Shown here: positions 58,014-64,000 of the stretch, in pieces | Position numbering within the stretch: the first letter of the stretch is position 1 | Layout of the letters: the number at the start of each line of letters is the position of its first letter | Source of the DNA: Tubulanus polymorphus | Taxonomy: Eukaryota; Animalia; Nemertea | Reading direction: 5' to 3' | Length of the DNA stretch: 64,000 bases | Assembly (NCBI RefSeq): GCF_964204645.1 | Contig: NC_134035.1 | Span: forward strand, 2,666,001 to 2,730,000 | The notes under the pieces: generated by a model | The model's database searches: none | Told to the model about the DNA's origin: nothing | The model's input: only the letters and a program-made list of their open reading frames with translations | Position numbers and translations under genes: made by a program

Positions 58014-58417
58014 TGAGTAGAGTCTGCGTCTCGAGGTTTGAAGATGGTGCTGTGCGTCTCGAGGTTTGAAGATGGTTCTGTAGTCGGAGTAGAGTCTGCG
58101 TCTCGAGGTTTGAAGATGGTGCTGTAGTCGGAGTAGAGTCTGCGTCTCGAGGTTTGAGGATGGTGCTGTGCGTCTCGAGGTTTGAAGACGGTTCTGTAGT
58201 CGGAGTAGAGTCTGCGTCTCGAGGTTTGAAGACGGTTCTGTGGTCGGAGTAGAGTCTGCGTCTCGAGGTTTGAAGATGGTGCTGTAGTCGGAGTAGAGTC
58301 TGCGTCTCGAGGTTTGAAGATGGTTCTGTAGTCGGAGTAGAGTCTGCGTCTCGAGGTTTGAAGACGGTTCTGTGGTCGGAGTAGAGTCTGCGTCTCAAGG
58401 TTTGAAGATGTTGCTGT
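58014..58417. repeat. 44-bp VNTR (~10 units, two shortened to 28 bp)
   Basis: Unit TGCGTCTCGAGGTTTGAAGATGGTTCTGTAGTCGGAGTAGAGTC with few substitutions. Confidence 0.95.
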
Positions 58418-58579
58418 AACTCATATATTGCCGGCTGAAAAACAAATCGGATAATCGTCAAGCTAATGAAGAACATTGAATATGCAAAATGTACGGATGG
58501 GTATAGTTTAATATAATTACCTTATCTTAATGTAATGATACCGAAACAGCAAAATGCGAGTTGATGCGGTTCCCAATGT

Positions 58580-58605
58580 AGCAGCAGCAGCAGCAGCAGC
58601 AGCAG
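58580..58605. repeat. (CAG)8 microsatellite
   Basis: agcagcagcagcagcagcagcagcag. Confidence 0.9.
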
Positions 58606-58959
58606 ACTAGTTCAGGACGTTGCGACAAACGAGTAGTAGCGAACTGGTTTCGGTTTAACCCTAAAAAGACACAATATTCATCATAATGTATAAATGTGTG
58701 TGAAATCGAACATCGAAAATCAGCAACAACAGCAAATTAGCCGTCATCTCCTCCGCAATCATCAGCCGCCAGTTTCTTGCTTTCTTAATTGCTAGGCGTC
58801 ACAAATTCCTTCACGTTCCAGTCATTCCTAACATCATCAGCCGCTTATTAGCAGGTTGTTCGCTTGAAGCCACACGTTCTTCACGCCTTGTTGCAGAGCT
58901 CTTCATCACTGGACATCAGTTCTCGGACTGACATCGGGCGGCTCGAACCGCGCTTCTAA

Positions 58960-59070
58960 TACCTACGTCAACCAATCAGCGACGGTGCATCATCGATGCG
59001 ACCGGAATGGATCAATCAGAAGGCTCGATCGCGCATTCCTGTGACAGACCCGAGTCCGTGACGCTAATCC
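58960..59070. promoter_or_regulatory. CpG-rich promoter-like segment
   Basis: ACGTCA (CRE half-site) at ~58965, CCAATCAG at 58972, CCGGAA (ETS) at 59002, TCAATCAG at ~59012. Confidence 0.4.
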
Positions 59071-59662
59071 GCAAGAAGCATTCAATTCGTGCCAAACATT
59101 TTCAATGGGGCCTACAGGTCATCGAGTTTAATTCGACTATTCATAGAGACACATATTGTTAAAGATAGAAATATCGATTGCTACGATTTTAGCCTAAAAT
59201 TATATGCTGAAATTTTATCTAAACTATCCAACAAACTTAAGTGTAGATTTCCCTTCTATTTACGTCTGGTTTTGAACTATAATACCGGCTCAATTTTACT
59301 ATTTTCGAGTTTTACTTTAGGATATTGAAGTTGCCTTAAGGGTTTGTGCAGTGACGCGGCACTATTGTGTAGTAGAGCGTATGGCAGGTCTCCAGAGAGT
59401 GATTCTCTATTGGATAGAGTCGTTTTGAAGCCGAATTTATACACAAGTTCACCAGACATCGCCGCGTACACATCCTCTTTAACTGAAATCTGGTGAAGTT
59501 AAAAAATTATGGAAGTTTTATCATCAGTTGATGTGATTGATCACCGCGCGCGCTGCTTGCACCGAATAGTCGCTTGGATTTCTTCAGTTCGAGGAATTGA
59601 ATAAATATAAACAAATTTTCCAAACCCTCACCACTCAACTTAAAATAACAAACTAATATTGT

Positions 59663-59947
59663 AAAAAAGTCGAAGGTCCCTGGGGGAATTACTCCGCAAC
59701 CTGGACCGGTATTGTGGGATAAATAAATAATTCAGCCAGAAACGACTGAATTAAACATAATTTACCCCACACCAGTTATTCTGTAGGACTCACGCATTAG
59801 CAACCTCATTCCAGGGAGGACAGTACTCTCGACTCGCCCGCTTACCGGAGATCATTTGCCACATCCTGACCCGCCTCCTCCGAGACTCGAACCTGGGCCA
59901 CAGCGGTGACACGCAAGTCGCCGACCGACTACGCCATCCGGTCCGCC
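59663..59947 (-). mobile_element. tRNA(Asp)-derived SINE-like / Pol III-type unit, ~280 nt
   Basis: Minus strand: A box TGGCGTAGTCGG, GTGTCAC anticodon-like loop, B box GGTTCGAGTC, unique body, TTTTTT terminator; the acceptor stem cannot form, so this is not a tRNA gene. Confidence 0.6.
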
Positions 59948-61463
59948 CGATTGTGACAGGAAAACATTCGAACATATTCGACGGCCATTCAACAACAGCG
60001 ATGTCACAATGGTCAACGCCGTGACGATGTCGACTCTGAATGAAATCATCCGTTTCTGACCAAACTTGAATTTCGCAGCTACGGTACCACTGGGGTACAC
60101 ATCATCACTAGATTTCTAGGAATTCATACAATGCTTTCTGTGAAATAAAAACATCATACTCATTTATTCAACTATTTAACACGCTTAAAATCTAGACGAT
60201 AAATATAATTCAAATGTAATTCTGTAAATGTAATGACTAAACAAAACAGAAATTCATTTCTGACCAAACGATATAAGGCTGGTGATCCTTTAATTCACGA
60301 CGATGTTGGCTACGACAGTTTACCACCACTACAAAACATAGAATTTCCTGAGTTTGATTTACATGTAGACAGTCTACCAACTGTCGATACAAACACTGAT
60401 TATGACGCCCACGGATCCAATATCGATGTAGACTGCCTACCATATTTCAATACTAACTCTACCCGTGACGTCACTATGTTGATACGGAGGAGGTCTCTTT
60501 CTCCGAGGAAGAACAGACTGAAGAAACTCCAAATATCGAGGAGGAATTGCTACAGAATTTACCACCAGTTTTCGTGATTATAAAATTGATTATGATTAAC
60601 AAGCACTTTTAAACAGAGCGTTAAAGCTATTCTCTATCATTATAAATGATCGTATTTTGTTGGAATGTACAGTTTTCAGATGAGATCATTTTGATTTTCA
60701 ATAAATCGTGGATCAAGTTCAATCTGAATCATTGATTGTAAGATACAATGATTTTCGCTAACTGCCAAATAATGATAAACAACCCGGATTTGAGTAATAT
60801 CGACATTTACAGGAACCGTTAAAGCTGAGACAAAGAGCAATCCGGGATACAACAATTTTATGCAGCGAACAGTAAAATCAATCAGACACTTATGACTAAT
60901 TAGGTTCTTGGTGAAAATGTCTGCTGGATCCATGGTCATTAACAGATTGCTGCATATACTAATTTCTTATTTCTTGTTTTGGTTCGAAACTTGGGTTCTA
61001 ATGGCCATTTAAAAACACGTTAGCACTCAGTGCACGTTAGTGTATAGCTTATGATTGAATTTCAACATTTCACCCTTGAGCAAACGGTCTACCAACCTTA
61101 CTCCCAAGAAAAATCAATTACATGTATAGTTAATGAATGATCAATTATCTTCCAATATCACTATAATCAACGACCAAAACCATTCGTTGGTTGTTAAACG
61201 AGAGCTGGGTTTTGCTGATCATATGCATGCGGCCCTTATCAGCCACGAGCATCCCAGATAAATTTTTTATAACATTATTCATTGTTTCAATATGAAAACA
61301 CGTCATATCCGGTGTGAATTTCAAATAGATAATCGAAAAATCGGTGGAACAGGAAATTGCGTTTCCTGGGGATAAATCCTTTTCACGCTTGAACAATACC
61401 CCGATTTGTAAAAGATTTTACCTTTAATCGGTGTATAATCCTAGGTAGATGCTATCTCTGGCA

Positions 61464-61469
61464 TATAAA
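61464..61469 (+). promoter_or_regulatory. TATA box of the astacin gene
   Basis: TATAAA 48 nt upstream of the ATG at 61512. Confidence 0.55.
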
Positions 61470-61511
61470 CGGTATCGACACCAGCGATGTTGGTAGATCT
61501 GCTGAACCATC

Positions 61512-63906
61512 ATGACTTTCGTCACGTTGATATTTGTTTGGACGTTTGCGGTAAGTTCATCGCCTAGAATCGGTTATTTCAAATATGCCGACTTCTCGCG
61601 ATCTTTTCTATGTCATCGCATTTTCTGGAAAAAAAAAGAAACAAATCTGCCTTGAAAATGAATAGAATCTATTCAGGAAATCTGAGGAGGTTGTTTTTTT
61701 CAGGTTTCTAACGCTTTGCCGAGTGAAGCAGATAATATAGTCAATATCCGTGATAAGATTCGATGATTTATATACATATACTGTGTATTTATTTGCAAGT
61801 CATTTTAAATTGAAGAAGGGTGGCAGCAACCACCCAAAATATTTCTAATTTTTAAATAAGCTTTGCTTTGATTTCAGGGCACGGTATTCGGCACCCAACC
61901 AATAGGACCCGGACCGAATCAACCAATGCTACCAAACTTTATAGAACCCCCTGAACCTCCCAGCATCGACCAGATCATCATTGAGGCAGGTGGCGGCAAG
62001 GAAGGTCGGTGTCTAAGTTTTATTAATCCCCTCCTTAACGTTAGGACCTTCAACAGTTTTTCTCTGTCCTCCCACAGCTTTCAAAGGTCGCCTGATGACC
62101 AGTGACGGAGGTCGGCTCGCAGAACTGGACATGAGTCTGACGGAGTTACAGTACGACACTCTGTATAACAATCCGGCGAACGCGACTAACCGACAGAAAA
62201 GGAAAGCGCATTGGGAACTTTTCAAACGATGGACCGGAAATACGATTCCGTATTTCATTAAAACCACAGACGTGTTCAGTAAACTAAATCATATTCGTAT
62301 TTCCGAAAACATAGAAACCGGGAGAGGATTCCATTATCTAGATTATGTCTCTTTTGTAGCCGAGGCACAAAAAGGAGAAATTCAGAAAGCGATTGACGAA
62401 ATTGAAAAGACAACGTGCTTGAAGTTTGTAGCGGCTACTGATGAACATACAAATAAAATACGCATACAAAACGGCACCGGGTAAGAGAAAATTATTCAAA
62501 AAGATTCAAGTTTCGTAGATGTGGCTGAAATCGAAAGATGTTCTTTCACTCCTGTTCTATCAAGCTTTATTCCCAAAGGGGAATTGAAGATAGATTAAAG
62601 TAATTCTCGTATATCTAACTTTTAGTTAGGTTGTTAAAGTATTAATGAACCCTTGTCTCAAATATTTAGATTATATAACTTCTTATATATTCTGACGCCG
62701 TAAAAACCGTTACAATAATGTTTATATACATCGATACCCAGCATGCGTTATGTATTAGGGGTTCTGTGTGAGTCGATGTGCACTACATCATCAATATTTA
62801 AGTTTCAAAACAATAATTACAATATTGCGAATTTCCAGCGTTCATTTTGTAATTATATATATTTCATCACAGTCATGGCCGTTAATTTCAATTTCTTTAA
62901 ATGTCTTTTTGAATTTTGAGAGGACGTACCCTACATTATCAATTTAGGGGTTAGCCTAGTTAGACTGGTTGCCGATTTTCGGTGCATTCAAATTCCAAAA
63001 AAAGTTATTGAACCTCAATATAACATTATAGAATTATAACTGTATTATCATTAATTGTCGATAATACTATAGGCGATTTACATATGTTATTTTTTCGAGG
63101 CGCCGGTATAAGTCTTCTAAGTTTGTTTTCTTGTGTGATATTAATAAGGCTTTATATTTCTAGATGCAATTCGCACCTGGGTATGACTGGTGGCGAGCAA
63201 GCGATCAATTTACATCCAAATTGTCGAGTCGTGAGTAGATTGAAATTACGATGCCCCGTAATATGATATATTAGCTTTTATCATGATATCAGTTCGTTAT
63301 TCTACAGAAACCTACGATCTTACACGAATTCGGACACGCTTTAGGTCTTGTTCACGAGCATCAACTGCCCGATCGCGACGAGTATTTGAATATTCTGTAC
63401 GAGAATGTCGAACCCGACTGGGCCATTTGGTTCAAGAGAATAGAATCTAATCTGGTTTTACAGTACGAGGTACCGTATGACTACCGCAGTATCATGCACT
63501 ACGGGATCACCGTAAGTATCTTTACTACCTAAAGATTATGATTACTTACTCCAAACTAACGAATTCTCGTTTTATAATGTATTACAATGTCTTTCAATTC
63601 ATAATGCCAGGCATTCTCGGCAAATGGTAAACAAACCATCCAAGCGAAGGACATCACGAAAGGTCATCTTATCCAGGATACCTGGGACAAAGCGTCTTTC
63701 TCGTTTTCTGACGTCAAAGTTATCAACTCGCATTACGAATGTAGCTGTAAGTTTGTTATACACTGTTTTCTGCGTCTACACAATTTTCACAATATAAAAT
63801 CAATTGTCTTGTACGAATTTTTCAGCACATTGTCCCGAGACGGTGAAGAACAAATGCCCGCAGCCCGACTCGTTCTTGAATAAGAACTGCAGATGCGAAT
63901 TCGCGT
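61512..63906 (+). CDS. Secreted astacin-family (M12A) zinc metalloprotease with an EGF-like module; continues beyond the window
   Basis: Exons 61512-61550, 61704-61739 (donor uncertain), 61878-62004, 62078-62278, 62360-62480, 63164-63230, 63308-63511, 63611-63746, 63826-63906 (a further exon may start at 63976). Signal peptide MTFVTLIFVWTFAVSNA, propeptide ELDM, furin site RQKR, W..NTIPY, TCLKF, zinc motif HEFGHALGLVHEH, Met-turn SIMHY, Cys-rich EGF-like exon. Confidence 0.93.
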
Positions 63907-64000
63907 GTAAGTTTAGAAACAGCTTTCAAAGCTTATGTTCTGTATGTATAATGTCCATAGAATATACTGTTGCAGTGCACACTACAAAAGCGAAAATGTA

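Noticed and set aside
58014-58417. 44-bp repeat array as a CRISPR array
   Set aside because: The units are contiguous with no unique spacers, there are no cas genes, and the context is eukaryotic; it is a VNTR.
59690-59860. HDV-like ribozyme or 7SK similarity in the SINE-like body
   Set aside because: P1/P3 pairings could not be built; the GGATGTG..GATC resemblance to 7SK is too short.
59870-59944. Functional tRNA-Asp gene
   Set aside because: The acceptor and anticodon stems do not pair properly; treated as a tRNA-derived element.

Overview
Eukaryotic (invertebrate, probably lophotrochozoan/spiralian; this is an inference) genomic DNA with GT-AG introns. From left to right: (1) the last three coding exons of an unrecognised single-pass membrane protein with a long, motif-rich disordered tail (1219-4937, +); (2) API5, 13 coding exons (6820-14334, +); (3) an RTE-LINE relic; (4) two intronless class A GPCRs plus a truncated third copy (16368-21252, -); (5) ACTL6/BAF53, 13 coding exons (22182-29756, +); (6) a cluster of seven near-identical intronless orphan GPCRs (34499-49475; five on -, two on +), with a Gypsy-like relic at the strand switch and patchwork sequence sharing between copies; (7) a ~3 kb tandem duplication rich in transposon and minisatellite sequence (50430-56947); (8) a possible minus-strand spliced unit containing a 44-bp VNTR, tRNA-derived Pol III/SINE-like elements and a decayed ORF; (9) the 5' part of a secreted astacin metalloprotease gene (61512 to the window end, +). 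Many short non-autonomous DNA transposons are present, two with demonstrable 5-bp TSDs and one 36-bp hairpin insertion with a 7-bp TSD. No CRISPR array or prokaryotic system is present. Exon boundaries were read by eye and checked for phase; no database searches were run.
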